64,000 bases of DNA from a virus. Of this stretch, positions 45,592-54,926 are shown piece by piece. The position numbers were made by a program, and so were the translations under genes. Location: positions 1-64,000 of IMG/VR virus record IMGVR_UViG_3300046474_000470; one strand, written 5' to 3'. A model generated the notes under the pieces. It did not search any database, was not told the origin of the DNA, and worked only from the letters and a program-made list of their open reading frames with translations. Numbering within the stretch: position 1 is the stretch's first letter; the number at the start of each line of letters is the position of its first letter.

Positions 45592-45989
45592 GGGCGGTAC
45601 TCCATGATGCTTTCGAACGTCGCCTTGATGTCCTCCGGATCGTCCGTCCAGCACTCGCGGTACATGCGCTCCAGCTGCTCGCGCCGGCCGACGAACTCAT
45701 AGTCGTAGGGCGGGTCGATCTCACGGGTGGTGACGCCGTAATCGCGCAGGTAGCGCTCCGGCGTGTCGTCCTCCATGCAGTGGGCCGGCGCGCGCAGCAC
45801 GCACAGCTCGCTGAACGGGATCAAGGTGAAGCTGACGGCCTTGCCGCTGTAGGTGGTGTTGGCGTGCAGGGAGCGGGCGTCGATCAGCGCCATGCTGAGG
45901 GCTGTGTCGGGCCGGACAGCGGTGACGTCGACGGTGAAGGTGCCATCGGTGAAGACGATGATGGCGCGGTACTTGATAGGGTCGATCAC
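45588..45989 (-). CDS. Hypothetical protein
   Basis: GTG start after AAGGAG. Confidence 0.6.
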   Translation of the reverse strand: MIDPIKYRAIIVFTDGTFTVDVTAVRPDTALSMALIDARSLHANTTYSGKAVSFTLIPFSELCVLRAPAHCMEDDTPERYLRDYGVTTREIDPPYDYEFVGRREQLERMYRECWTDDPEDIKATFESIMEYRP

Positions 45990-46240
45990 GAGGGCTCCTT
46001 GGGTAGGCGGGCGGCGAGCATGTCATCGGCGACCTCGTAAGCTCGGATCGTCAGCAGGGTGTTCGTGTAGTTGGCTTCCCAGCCGGCAGCAAGCAGGCCT
46101 TGCATGGCGCGGCCAGCGAACTCGTCGCGCAGCGCGGCTGGGTGCAGCGGCGTCCGGACCAACGCCAGAACCTCAGCCATCGTCAAATGATAATGCTCCC
46201 GCAGATGCTCGATCGCTTCTCGGATGGTGGGTGTAGTCAT
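45986..46240 (-). CDS. Hypothetical protein (LRDEFAGRAMQG...AYEVADDMLAAR family)
   Basis: Common phage early-gene motif. Confidence 0.7.
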   Translation of the reverse strand: MTTPTIREAIEHLREHYHLTMAEVLALVRTPLHPAALRDEFAGRAMQGLLAAGWEANYTNTLLTIRAYEVADDMLAARLPKEPS

Positions 46241-46839
46241 GGTGTGCTCCAGGGTGGGGTTTCGTTCATCTCGGCCGCGATCTGCTCGACAGCGACGGCC
46301 GCTTCCGGCGGCAGCAACAGACGCGGCAGCGCGCCGGGCGTGTACAGTCGGACCAGCGCCTCCTCGCGCATCCGGATCTTCCCCATCAGCGAGAGGTGGC
46401 CGGCCTGGTGGTTGCAGACGCGGTGCGCCAGCGCCATGTTGGCGATGTGGTCCGGGCCGCCATGCGTGATCGAGACCAGATGCTCGGGCGACTCCTCCTC
46501 GATCGCCACCGGCAGGTGGCAGAAGAAGCAGTCGTCGCCGTCGCGGTCGCGCAGCGCCTGGCAGACCACGCTGGACTTGCGTCGACGCTGCTCCTTGGGC
46601 ACGGCGCGCCATGACTTGTTGCCGACATGCGCAAGGTAGGCCTCGGCAGCCGGCCCCATCCAGGTCAGCTCGGCGCGCTTGTTGGTATAGACGATGCCGG
46701 TGCCCTTCTCGGTCTTGAACCGCAGCAGCTCCCACTCGTTGGTGGGCGAGAGCACCTCGGCGCCGCGCTCGGCGAGCCAGAGCTCGAATTTCTCGCGCCG
46801 CGCCTCGAACTGGGCTCGGTTGAGGGTTGGGGTAGGCAT
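46237..46839 (-). CDS. HNH endonuclease
   Basis: CFFCH...EHLVSITHGGPDHIANMALAHRVCN. Confidence 0.85.
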   Translation of the reverse strand: MPTPTLNRAQFEARREKFELWLAERGAEVLSPTNEWELLRFKTEKGTGIVYTNKRAELTWMGPAAEAYLAHVGNKSWRAVPKEQRRRKSSVVCQALRDRDGDDCFFCHLPVAIEEESPEHLVSITHGGPDHIANMALAHRVCNHQAGHLSLMGKIRMREEALVRLYTPGALPRLLLPPEAAVAVEQIAAEMNETPPWSTP

Positions 46840-47192
46840 TATTCCTCCTTTTTAAGTTTTGCCTGAGCCCGCTGCAGGGCGGCAAGCCGGTGCCCAAGGT
46901 CATAGCGGGTGGAGCGGAGCCGATCGAGTTCCAGCTGGGTTTCTTCCTGCTGCCGGGCGATCTCCTGCCAGGCAGACTCGAAGCGGAGGCGCTCAAGCAT
47001 GGCTTGCTGGCGCAGATCCTCCAGCCGGGCGCTGTGCTGCGCGATGTGCTCACGCAGATTCTCCATCTCAGCCTGGGCCGCGACGACGTCCTGCAGGCGG
47101 CTCACGGCGGTTTCGGGCAGCGCCGGCCGCGCCGGCGGCGCGCCGGCCGTGTCGATCTGCAGGAACACCGGCACCTCGATCGGCGTTTTCAC
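46839..47192 (-). CDS. Coiled-coil hypothetical protein
   Basis: Heptad-rich; coupled. Confidence 0.6.
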   Translation of the reverse strand: MKTPIEVPVFLQIDTAGAPPARPALPETAVSRLQDVVAAQAEMENLREHIAQHSARLEDLRQQAMLERLRFESAWQEIARQQEETQLELDRLRSTRYDLGHRLAALQRAQAKLKKEE

Positions 47193-47680
47193 TTCTTCCT
47201 CTTCGCAGGGTTGGCGTCATAGCCCGGCTTGCGCATCTGGATGTTGGTCTCGCGCGCGACCTTGATGATGTCGCGGTGCGGCAGGGCTTCCAGCACATCG
47301 CCGTAGGCGTCGATCAGGGTCTCGATGATCGCGACCTCGGTGCCGACCAGGCGCACCGGAACGCTGTTGTCCAGGGCGTGCTCGGCCACCTGGATCAGCA
47401 CGCTCTGGGCGGCTGCCAGGATGCCGTGCGGATCCTCGACCATCTTGAAGCGCAGCATGGTCTCGAACATGTTGCCGACCACGGCGATGACCTTCCACTC
47501 GCGGCGCGTCGGCGCCAAGCCGTACGCCAGCTCGTGGAAGTGCTTGCGGATGTCGGCCATACGCGCCCGGCGCGTGGCTTCGGGCATCGGCTCCGTGGGG
47601 GAGGCCCGCAGCTCGTCAAGCAGTGTGTAGTGCATGCCCATGTCGTTCGGGTGCGGGGTGTTGCGGCGGCGGGTGCTCAT
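47189..47680 (-). CDS. Hypothetical protein
   Basis: Coupled 163-aa ORF. Confidence 0.65.
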   Translation of the reverse strand: MSTRRRNTPHPNDMGMHYTLLDELRASPTEPMPEATRRARMADIRKHFHELAYGLAPTRREWKVIAVVGNMFETMLRFKMVEDPHGILAAAQSVLIQVAEHALDNSVPVRLVGTEVAIIETLIDAYGDVLEALPHRDIIKVARETNIQMRKPGYDANPAKRKK

Positions 47681-48219
47681 GCGGGCCTCACTTCCGCGCG
47701 GCGGGCGCGGGCATCGGTCATACGGTAAATGGTGCCGCTCTCGCTGCGGATCTGCCAGGCGCGAGTCCAGCGGCTGACCACCCTGTACGGCTTGCCGCCG
47801 TAGACCAGCGTGTCGCCGATCTTGATCTTCGGCCGGGCCTTACGCGCAGCATGGTACTCGCGGCAGCGTCGGCGCCAGTCGATGGCGTGCTCGTAGGTGG
47901 TCTCGGTCAGGAGGTCGAGAATGCGCTCCGGGCAGCGGGCCTCGCAAGGTCCACAGCTCTCGTCCATGTCCTTGTAGCCGAAGCTGTACTCGTCCTTCGG
48001 CGCGAAGCCGAGCAGCAGGATTGCGGCCCAGACGCGGCGCTCGCCGGTCTCCTTGTGGACCTGCTCGACCGCAGCATACAGGGTGCGCAGCTCGACGATC
48101 GAGGTGTCGAGCACCTTGTATTCGTAAGGGGAATCAGACCAGCGGAACACGCCGGCGTGGTTGAGGATGAAGTCGGTAACCTTCAGCCCTTTCGGTTTGT
48201 GCATCCAGAGCCAGCCCAT
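47677..48219 (-). CDS. DUF6927-like protein
   Basis: MGW...FGYKDMDESCGP...CPERILDLLT...WRRRC. Confidence 0.7.
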   Translation of the reverse strand: MGWLWMHKPKGLKVTDFILNHAGVFRWSDSPYEYKVLDTSIVELRTLYAAVEQVHKETGERRVWAAILLLGFAPKDEYSFGYKDMDESCGPCEARCPERILDLLTETTYEHAIDWRRRCREYHAARKARPKIKIGDTLVYGGKPYRVVSRWTRAWQIRSESGTIYRMTDARARRAEVRPA

Positions 48220-48533
48220 TATCTGCTCCCGTTCTCGATCGCCAGCAGCTGCTGGGCCTTGCCTTCGAGCGCCGTTGCTTCGGCCGTGGCCTTGGCGCGG
48301 ATATTGGCGGCCTGGGCGCGCAGCGCCACGACCGCATTGCCGATGATCTGGTCGGGCGGCAGCAGCGAGATGTCGATCTCGACAGTGCCGACGTTGACGT
48401 AACCCATGCTGGTCATGTCGACTCTGGAAAAGGTCAAATGGCCGACCAGCCTCTCAGCGTCGGTCAGGTCCTGGGGCTTGATGTATGCCAGGCTGTGGTT
48501 GGACAGGGAGATGTTCAGGGTCAGGGTGGTCAT
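48219..48533 (-). CDS. Hypothetical protein
   Basis: Coupled ORF ending in QQLLAIE. Confidence 0.65.
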   Translation of the reverse strand: MTTLTLNISLSNHSLAYIKPQDLTDAERLVGHLTFSRVDMTSMGYVNVGTVEIDISLLPPDQIIGNAVVALRAQAANIRAKATAEATALEGKAQQLLAIENGSR

Positions 48534-48877
48534 ACTTCCTCCGATTTGATGGTGAGTTCGTCTTCGTCCAGTTCGAAATAATCGAGCGAGAGCAGCTGGA
48601 TGCCGTACGAGCCGTCCAGCGGCGGCCAGCCCTCCTCCTCGCCGCGGCGCAGCCGGCCTTCCGGATCGAGGTCGGTGATCGTCATGCGGAAGGCATGCAG
48701 CGCAAGCATCGTCAGCACGGCCTTGCAGATGTTGCCGCGTGCGGCTCGCAGCCGCTCCTGGGCGCCGCTCCAGAAGTTGTTGATCTCGTGAAGCTTCTCG
48801 TCGGTCAGGATGCTGTGGTCGATCGTGACGACCATGTCGAAGGACCAGTCGTAGGTGAGGGTGTAGCGCTTTTTCAT
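48530..48877 (-). CDS. DUF2528-like protein
   Basis: MKKRYTLTYDW...HEINNFWS...EGWPPLDGSYGI. Confidence 0.7.
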   Translation of the reverse strand: MKKRYTLTYDWSFDMVVTIDHSILTDEKLHEINNFWSGAQERLRAARGNICKAVLTMLALHAFRMTITDLDPEGRLRRGEEEGWPPLDGSYGIQLLSLDYFELDEDELTIKSEEV

Positions 48878-49647
48878 GCTTTCTCCTTGCCAGCCACCTG
48901 GAACTGCTCGAACGACACGCGGTCCTTGTAGCTGTTGATGTGGAAGTCGTTGCTGTAGTTGCGCAGCATGCTGGCCGCCAGCGACTCGGACTTGCAGATC
49001 GTGCGGTGGCAGATCTCGCCCTGCGTCCACAGCGCCACCTGCTCCGTTGTGGCGTGGTGATCCATCCAGTGCGCGAAGATCGCCTCGAACAGGCGCCAGC
49101 TGGTGCAGGCCGGGTGCGGCGCGTGGCGGGTGTTCGGGTACCGAGGATTCTCCTTCATCCAGCCGTTTTCCAGTCGGATGTACTGCGGCTCCTGCCTTCT
49201 GTCGCCCAGGACTTCCCGCAGATATTCCGCAAGGTTGCGCTCGGCGTGCACGGCCGCCGGCTGGCCGTTCCAGTCCTCGGCCCGGATGAAGCACTCGGCG
49301 TGATAGCCGGTCGCGTCGATCGCAGCGTCGGTCACGATGTGGGTGTGGCACAGGTTGACAACATGGTGGTCCGGGTAGCGCGGCGCGGCGATCTCGAAGG
49401 GCGCGCCGTCGTAGCCGGTGACCTTCTTCAGGAGGTCGTAGTAGGGCTGCAGGAACTCGAAGCCGACGTCGGCGAAGAGGTGGAGCCACGGGCGGTCACC
49501 ACCCATGACGATGTGCGTCATGGTGCCCTCGATCAGGGCGTCGGTGTGCTTCGTAATATCCATGCGGAAGTGCTCGCAGATCTCGGCCACTTCCTTGGCG
49601 GTGGTGGCGCGGATCAGCAGATCGGGGGAGCGGAGTTCGAATTCCAT
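48874..49647 (-). CDS. Hypothetical protein
   Basis: 257 aa; GGAGG RBS. Confidence 0.65.
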   Translation of the reverse strand: MEFELRSPDLLIRATTAKEVAEICEHFRMDITKHTDALIEGTMTHIVMGGDRPWLHLFADVGFEFLQPYYDLLKKVTGYDGAPFEIAAPRYPDHHVVNLCHTHIVTDAAIDATGYHAECFIRAEDWNGQPAAVHAERNLAEYLREVLGDRRQEPQYIRLENGWMKENPRYPNTRHAPHPACTSWRLFEAIFAHWMDHHATTEQVALWTQGEICHRTICKSESLAASMLRNYSNDFHINSYKDRVSFEQFQVAGKEKA

Positions 49648-49650
49648 GGC

Positions 49651-49911
49651 TCAGCCCTCCTTCTTCACGCCGTAGCCCAGCAGCACGACCTCGCGGCGCA
49701 CTTCGACCGGCACCCAGGTGACCTTGCGCTCGGCGAGCGCTGCCACTTCCTTGCGGTCGCCGCGCGGCCCGGGGTTGTTGCGCACCGTGGCGTGCTCGAT
49801 ATCCGCCACCGGCGTGATGGTGATGTGCTGACCGGTGTGGGTCTGGGTGCTGCTGATGTAGAGGAACTGGCCGTCCGGCTGGACGGCGACAAAGCCTTGG
49901 GTAGTTTTCAT
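49651..49911 (-). CDS. Hypothetical protein
   Basis: 86 aa; preceded by CCTGAAAGCA. Confidence 0.6.
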   Translation of the reverse strand: MKTTQGFVAVQPDGQFLYISSTQTHTGQHITITPVADIEHATVRNNPGPRGDRKEVAALAERKVTWVPVEVRREVVLLGYGVKKEG

Positions 49912-49950
49912 TGGATGCTTTCAGGGTTGGTGGTTGGGAGGGAGGGATGG

Positions 49951-50739
49951 TTAAGCTGCGATGCCAGTGATTTCTTCGAGGGTGCGCTTCTTGCCGTTCT
50001 TCGGCATCATCATGACCTGACCCGTCGAGCGCTCGAGGGCCGAGTAGTTGCGATAGACGTCCGGGTCGTTGACCAGCTCCGGATGGTCGCGCACCAGCTC
50101 TGCGGCGCGGCGCAGATCCTCGTCCTGCGAGTAGATGCAGAAGACGCAGGAGAAGCGCCGCATGCCCATGCGGTAGACGACGTGCGGCTGCTGGCCAGCG
50201 GCGTCGATGGCGTCGAACACCTGCTGCTCGGACCAAGCATGGATCGGCAGCCATTCGTACCATTCGCGGCCGGCACGGCTGTTGGTCGTGTCAAAGCGGA
50301 ACGGCGCCATCTTCTTGCGGGTGACCGACTCTTCCGCACGGAGCCCCATGCAGTTGACGATCAGATGCCAGGCCGGGTGGCCGGCCGCTTTCCGCTCGTA
50401 GGTCAGGTGGCGGATCAGCTTCGTGATCGGGCCGCGCTTCAGGTCCGAGGTGCACTGGCGCTGCGCTGGGCTGGGGAACATACCGCGTTCCTCGACCATC
50501 TGCAAGAGGTCACGTCGCGCCTTGACCACATGCAGCGGCTCACCGGTGGTGGTCGCCTGGATGTGCTCGACGGCGCCGGCCCACTCCACGCGGCCCAGAT
50601 CAGCGTGCACGATCACCAGCTGCTTGTGAGGCACCAGCGCTGCCAGCAGCAGGTAAGCCGCTTGTGAGTCTTTACCGCCGGAGTGGTTGACGACAAAGAG
50701 AGCGCCGCGGGCGACGAGGTCTTTGATTTGTTCGATCAT
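49951..50739 (-). CDS. PAPS reductase/DndC-like PP-loop protein
   Basis: HSGGKDS, CTSDLK, GLRAEES and RFSCVFC. Confidence 0.85.
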   Translation of the reverse strand: MIEQIKDLVARGALFVVNHSGGKDSQAAYLLLAALVPHKQLVIVHADLGRVEWAGAVEHIQATTTGEPLHVVKARRDLLQMVEERGMFPSPAQRQCTSDLKRGPITKLIRHLTYERKAAGHPAWHLIVNCMGLRAEESVTRKKMAPFRFDTTNSRAGREWYEWLPIHAWSEQQVFDAIDAAGQQPHVVYRMGMRRFSCVFCIYSQDEDLRRAAELVRDHPELVNDPDVYRNYSALERSTGQVMMMPKNGKKRTLEEITGIAA

Positions 50740-51020
50740 TCGTGATCTCCTTCGTCAGGGTTGACGGCATCCCGGTAATCGGCTTGCGTCATGCCGTGAA
50801 TGTTGTAGAACTCGGCGTCGTACTCGCGGCCGGTCAGCCCGTCGAGCTCCGGGTCGCGATAGGTGGGCGCCGCGCGCGGCGGGTATTGGTAGCCGCGGTT
50901 CGGCGGGCAGCTGGGTGCATGCTTGGTCACCCAGCGACCGCCGACCATGTTGGTCTCGCCAGCGCCGACCGCCACCGGCTGGCGACAGGCGGCGCAGATG
51001 GATTCGAATTTGTTGATCAT
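50736..51020 (-). CDS. Small zinc-ribbon-like protein
   Basis: NKFESICAAC...KHAPSC. Confidence 0.6.
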   Translation of the reverse strand: MINKFESICAACRQPVAVGAGETNMVGGRWVTKHAPSCPPNRGYQYPPRAAPTYRDPELDGLTGREYDAEFYNIHGMTQADYRDAVNPDEGDHE

Positions 51021-51259
51021 GGTCGATAGTCCGAAACTTGATAGCTGTACAGCCCGCAGATGTCCAGCTTCTCGCTGTCGTCGCGGGCCACCTGCGTGAC
51101 CAGGGTGGCCACGATGTCCTTGAGGATGTCCAGCTGCTGCTGAACCGAGCCGTCCGTCTGCTCGCGGATCGCAAGGTCTATCAGCTGCCGGGTCGAGCCG
51201 ATCTGCGTCATGCCCTCGTTCGAGTGCTTGACGCCTTCAACCCAGAATTCATGCGTCAT
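51017..51259 (-). CDS. Hypothetical protein
   Basis: ATGA-coupled. Confidence 0.6.
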   Translation of the reverse strand: MTHEFWVEGVKHSNEGMTQIGSTRQLIDLAIREQTDGSVQQQLDILKDIVATLVTQVARDDSEKLDICGLYSYQVSDYRP

Positions 51260-51567
51260 GGCTGCCGCTCCGACTTCTCGGCCGCCAGCCGCAGCGCCTC
51301 CAGTTCGTTCTGGCGCTCACGGGAGGCGCGCGCGGCGCCCACCATCTTCACGTTGCCCATGTGGAGCGGAATCTGCGGGATGCATTCGATCGTGATGACG
51401 AGGCCCCAGCTGGCAGCGCCGTCGATCAGGCCTTGCAACTCCTTGCGGGCCGCGACCAGGCTCTGCTCGGTCACCTGCAACTGGCGCTCGTACATCTTGC
51501 GCTCGTGCGTCTTGGTGGTGTCGGCGTGCGCCGCAAGGAGGTCGTCGATCGGTCGTTTAGATGTCAT
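51256..51567 (-). CDS. Hypothetical protein
   Basis: GGAG RBS before MTSKRPIDD. Confidence 0.55.
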   Translation of the reverse strand: MTSKRPIDDLLAAHADTTKTHERKMYERQLQVTEQSLVAARKELQGLIDGAASWGLVITIECIPQIPLHMGNVKMVGAARASRERQNELEALRLAAEKSERQP

Positions 51568-52582
51568 GGCTGGTCTCCCAGTTGCTGCTGCTGCCGAGGA
51601 TCTCGCCGCCGGGGAGCGTGCCCGGGTCGAGCAGGATGACGAGGCACTTGCCGATATCGACGTTGCCGTCGGCGTCGCGCAGCTCGTCCTTGGAATCGAC
51701 GCCGTCTTCATGCACGGCGGCGGCCGCCAACAGACGCTCCGGATCGTGGATCTTCACGTTCAGCGTGAAGTCGTAGTAGTGGCGCTGCGCCGGCGGGGCG
51801 AAGTCGGCGGCGGTGGCGGTCGGCAGATACTTGATGCTGTTCCAGCACCACCAGCCGGCGCCGATGTCCCAGGCCTTCTCGCCGTTGGGCATGATGGTCG
51901 GAGCGTAGCGCGTGGCCTGATTCTCCGTATCCTCGTCCATGTCGATGACGATCACGTTATCGCCTTCCCAGTGCATCGGCATCAGCGCGCCGTCTTCGGT
52001 CGCCTGGCGGATCAGCTCGTCGACGGCGGCGCGCTCGAAGAAGGGCTTCGACCAGCCGTTCCACAGGTCGCCGTTGCCCCAGCAGGCAAGCCGCTCGTCG
52101 TCTTTCATCCAGTCGGCGTCGACGAGCCCCTGGCGGTAGGTCGGCGGCTCCGTCATCTCGCGGAAGGTCTCGAAGAATTTGTCGCGCAGCATGCGGTGCG
52201 AGAAGCCGCCGCCGGCGGTATTGAATTCGACACTGCCGGTGCCTAGGCGCGAGATCGCCACGCGGCGGCCATCTTTGTCAACCCAGACCTTCTTCGTGGC
52301 GTCGTTCAGGTAGTAGGTGGTGGCGTGGTCCCAGGCTGCGTTCCAGAGGCCGCGATCGGCCTCGCCTTGGGCAGTATCGTTCATCACCATCGGGCGCTCC
52401 ATCACGTCCTCGAAAGCGCTGGCCATTACCATGTTGGCGTCGCAGAAGTCGTGACTGTGGCAGGTGCCGGGGTCCATCTCGGCGGTGTTGCGGCGCAGGA
52501 CCTCGGCGAATTGCTCTTCGGTCAGGACGTTCTCCAGCTGCTGCGCGAACATCTGGGCGATATTTACGACGGTTTGGGTCAT
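51557..52582 (-). CDS. Multi-domain hypothetical protein
   Basis: CHSHDFCDANMVM, WNGWSKPFF...IGAGWWCW and KIHDPERLL...ILLDPG modules. Confidence 0.7.
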   Translation of the reverse strand: MTQTVVNIAQMFAQQLENVLTEEQFAEVLRRNTAEMDPGTCHSHDFCDANMVMASAFEDVMERPMVMNDTAQGEADRGLWNAAWDHATTYYLNDATKKVWVDKDGRRVAISRLGTGSVEFNTAGGGFSHRMLRDKFFETFREMTEPPTYRQGLVDADWMKDDERLACWGNGDLWNGWSKPFFERAAVDELIRQATEDGALMPMHWEGDNVIVIDMDEDTENQATRYAPTIMPNGEKAWDIGAGWWCWNSIKYLPTATAADFAPPAQRHYYDFTLNVKIHDPERLLAAAAVHEDGVDSKDELRDADGNVDIGKCLVILLDPGTLPGGEILGSSSNWETSHDI

Positions 52583-53013
52583 GGGTGGCTCCCTTTAATT
52601 TCGTCAAGTTCGGACTGCAGATCTTCGATCTCGCATTCGGCATGGGCCGTCAGTTCAGGGTCGTCCTCGCGGTCGATGTAGGCCTGCAGCTTCCCGATTG
52701 TCTGCTCGATCACGCTGCCGGTTTGCGGCTTGAAGGTGGCGTCAGGGTATTCCTCCTGCACTTTCAGGCAGGCCATCTCGTCATCGTCGGCACGCACGAA
52801 GAAGAAAGCCAGCTCCTCGCCGTCGAGCTCGGCGCGGGCGGCCCACAGGTTGTCGGGCAGCCCGAAATACGCCCCGCCAGCGTCATACCCTCCGTCGATC
52901 AGCGGCACGCGCTCGAGCTCGAACTCGAGATCGTCCATGCCGTGGGCGTGATGCTCGCGGCGGCCCATCGGCGCGCCGCGGCTGCAGTTCATTTCGGGCA
53001 GGCGGATGGGCAT
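52579..53013 (-). CDS. Hypothetical protein (GAPMGR...GGYDAGGAYFG family)
   Basis: Conserved-looking motif; AGGAG RBS. Confidence 0.7.
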   Translation of the reverse strand: MPIRLPEMNCSRGAPMGRREHHAHGMDDLEFELERVPLIDGGYDAGGAYFGLPDNLWAARAELDGEELAFFFVRADDDEMACLKVQEEYPDATFKPQTGSVIEQTIGKLQAYIDREDDPELTAHAECEIEDLQSELDEIKGSHP

Positions 53014-53014
53014 G

Positions 53015-53230
53015 CTATCTCCTCTTGTAGACGTGAAGGTCGACCAGATAGGTCAGGGTGGCAAGGTGGTCGAGGATCTCCTGTGCCGACTTGAAGTTGC
53101 CGGGCGCGGCATAGACGGCGTCGACCGTCTGGACGACGAACGTACCGACCTGCACGCCCAGCTGCCCGGAGAGGCCGGCGCCGCGCAGGCTGTCCAGCCG
53201 CTTCTCGACCTCTTTCGTGATAGCAGCCAT
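53015..53230 (-). CDS. Hypothetical protein
   Basis: MAAITKEVEKRL; fills the gap. Confidence 0.55.
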   Translation of the reverse strand: MAAITKEVEKRLDSLRGAGLSGQLGVQVGTFVVQTVDAVYAAPGNFKSAQEILDHLATLTYLVDLHVYKRR

Positions 53231-53231
53231 G

Positions 53232-53480
53232 TCAGGCCTCGCCATCGTCGCGGAACTCCAGTTCGTCCATCCGGTATTCGTTGCCGTCCTCGTCAAGGTA
53301 CAGCAACTGGCCAGTGGTCGAGCACGTCTGCGTTTTCTGGCTGTCCCAGAACACCTTGGTGCTGCCTTCCCAGATCGGCTCGTTCTTCTCGTCGAAGCCG
53401 GAGATATTGGCCCGGGCCGTAAGCCTTTCGAGGGTGCCAATGATCTGGGTATCGGTACCCTTCACGTATGCTTGCTTCAT
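53232..53480 (-). CDS. Acidic hypothetical protein
   Basis: GTQ-like IIGTLE...VFWDSQ...LDEDG motif. Confidence 0.65.
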   Translation of the reverse strand: MKQAYVKGTDTQIIGTLERLTARANISGFDEKNEPIWEGSTKVFWDSQKTQTCSTTGQLLYLDEDGNEYRMDELEFRDDGEA

Positions 53481-53731
53481 TTGTCACTCTCCTTTTCTTG
53501 TTCAAGCAGGTGCGCCACGGCGCGGCCGCGCTGGTAGATGGTGTCGAAGTCGACGCCGTTCTCGTAGCTGCGCGGCCCAGCATTGTCAAAGCCGCGCTGC
53601 CAGTTCGCCCGGCTCATCGGCAGGCTGAAGACGTTGAGGTCGTTGCCGTACTGGCGGTGGCGCCGGATGTCGTCCTTCGCAAGCTCCTCGGCCTCGGCGC
53701 GGATGCCTTCGGGTGTAGTGGGGCGGCCCAT
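53477..53731 (-). CDS. Hypothetical protein
   Basis: AGGAG RBS. Confidence 0.6.
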   Translation of the reverse strand: MGRPTTPEGIRAEAEELAKDDIRRHRQYGNDLNVFSLPMSRANWQRGFDNAGPRSYENGVDFDTIYQRGRAVAHLLEQEKESDK

Positions 53732-53732
53732 G

Positions 53733-54191
53733 TCATTCTCCTTTCAGTTTGTCAAGGCTGCGTTGCAGGATGCTGCCCAGGTGCCCGGGGTGGAGCTCCT
53801 CGGCGCCGGCCAGCAGGGCTTCGGCCTTCTCTGCCACGTCCACCAGCGTCGGCAGCCGGTTCAGCAGCGGCATGTAGCGGGCGATGACGTCGACCGTGTC
53901 GGCGCCGCTGACCGGCTCGTCGGCGTTGAAGCCGAGGCCTTCGAGTGCAGCGACCAGCAGCCGGGCCTGGGCGCCGATCTGGGTGGTAGGCGCCGCCACC
54001 GGCAGCACGCTGAAGTCGAAGTCGCGGATGAGGGCGGCGTCCTTGCAGTCGTCGGCATCCATGCAGCTGTCGTCCGCGTCTTCGTGCGCCAAGGTCTGGC
54101 CAAGGGACAGCGCCTTGTTCACCAGTTCGGCCACACGCTCGTTGCGCAGCATGGCGTCGGTGGTGACGATCAGTTCGAGTGCGTGTTTCAT
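53733..54191 (-). CDS. Hypothetical protein
   Basis: ATGA-coupled. Confidence 0.6.
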   Translation of the reverse strand: MKHALELIVTTDAMLRNERVAELVNKALSLGQTLAHEDADDSCMDADDCKDAALIRDFDFSVLPVAAPTTQIGAQARLLVAALEGLGFNADEPVSGADTVDVIARYMPLLNRLPTLVDVAEKAEALLAGAEELHPGHLGSILQRSLDKLKGE

Positions 54192-54388
54192 CGCACCACC
54201 TTCCATTCCTGCGCCTCGACGTCCCAGGTCACGCGCTGCATGCTGTGGAAATGGTGGCCAGGCACGATGAACTGGCCAACCTTGTAGAAGCCGGTGGCCT
54301 CGAACGCCATGATGTCTTCGTCCTTGCCGCGCACCAGCAGCGTCTGGATGCTGTCGGGGCCGTTGTCTTTATCCTGGATAATCTGCAT
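54188..54388 (-). CDS. Hypothetical protein
   Basis: AAGGAG RBS. Confidence 0.6.
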   Translation of the reverse strand: MQIIQDKDNGPDSIQTLLVRGKDEDIMAFEATGFYKVGQFIVPGHHFHSMQRVTWDVEAQEWKVVR

Positions 54389-54391
54389 GTG

Positions 54392-54700
54392 CTACTCCTT
54401 GTAGAGGGAAAGGCCGGGCCAGGTGTCGGCGTCGACGTCGAGCATGATCCAGCCGGTATTGGTGTGCGGCTGCAGCGCGCGGAAAACGTGCTGCAGGTCG
54501 ACGGGCAGGCCGTAGAATTCGTCGCGCTGCTCGGCGTCGGCGCAGGCCTCGCAGGCCGGGATCCGGAGGAAGAAGCCGTCCTCGTACTGGGCGATCCAGA
54601 AAGGCGGCTCGGCCTCGTCACGCTTGACGCGCAGCCAGTGCAGGGTGCGCTGTGACAGGTGGCGCAGCGCGATGGCCGGCATGGCGATCTGACGGATCAT
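54392..54700 (-). CDS. DUF5983-like protein
   Basis: LRHLSQRT...YEDGFF...LPVDL...WIMLDVDA. Confidence 0.55.
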   Translation of the reverse strand: MIRQIAMPAIALRHLSQRTLHWLRVKRDEAEPPFWIAQYEDGFFLRIPACEACADAEQRDEFYGLPVDLQHVFRALQPHTNTGWIMLDVDADTWPGLSLYKE

Positions 54701-54918
54701 AGCGGCTCCCCATCCACAGGCTCGCCGTCAATCTCGTAGAGGTCGACGTCGCCTTCGACGCTGACCTCGCACAGGATCGGCTCGCCGCCCGGCCAGCAGC
54801 CGAGGTTGGCGCTGGCACCGTCGACCTGTTCGCGAAGCAGATCGGCTGCAGCTTCCTTGGTGTCGGCCTTGACGCGGATGGCGCAGACGAGGGTGGTGTC
54901 AAATGCGAATTCAGGCAT
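54697..54918 (-). CDS. Acidic hypothetical protein
   Basis: EFAFD...IRVKA...DLYEIDGE. Confidence 0.6.
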   Translation of the reverse strand: MPEFAFDTTLVCAIRVKADTKEAAADLLREQVDGASANLGCWPGGEPILCEVSVEGDVDLYEIDGEPVDGEPL

Positions 54919-54926
54919 AGCTGTTC

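Noticed and set aside
49625-49650. tRNA T-loop-like GTTCGAATTCC
   Set aside because: It lies at the start of a CDS, and no cloverleaf could be formed around it.
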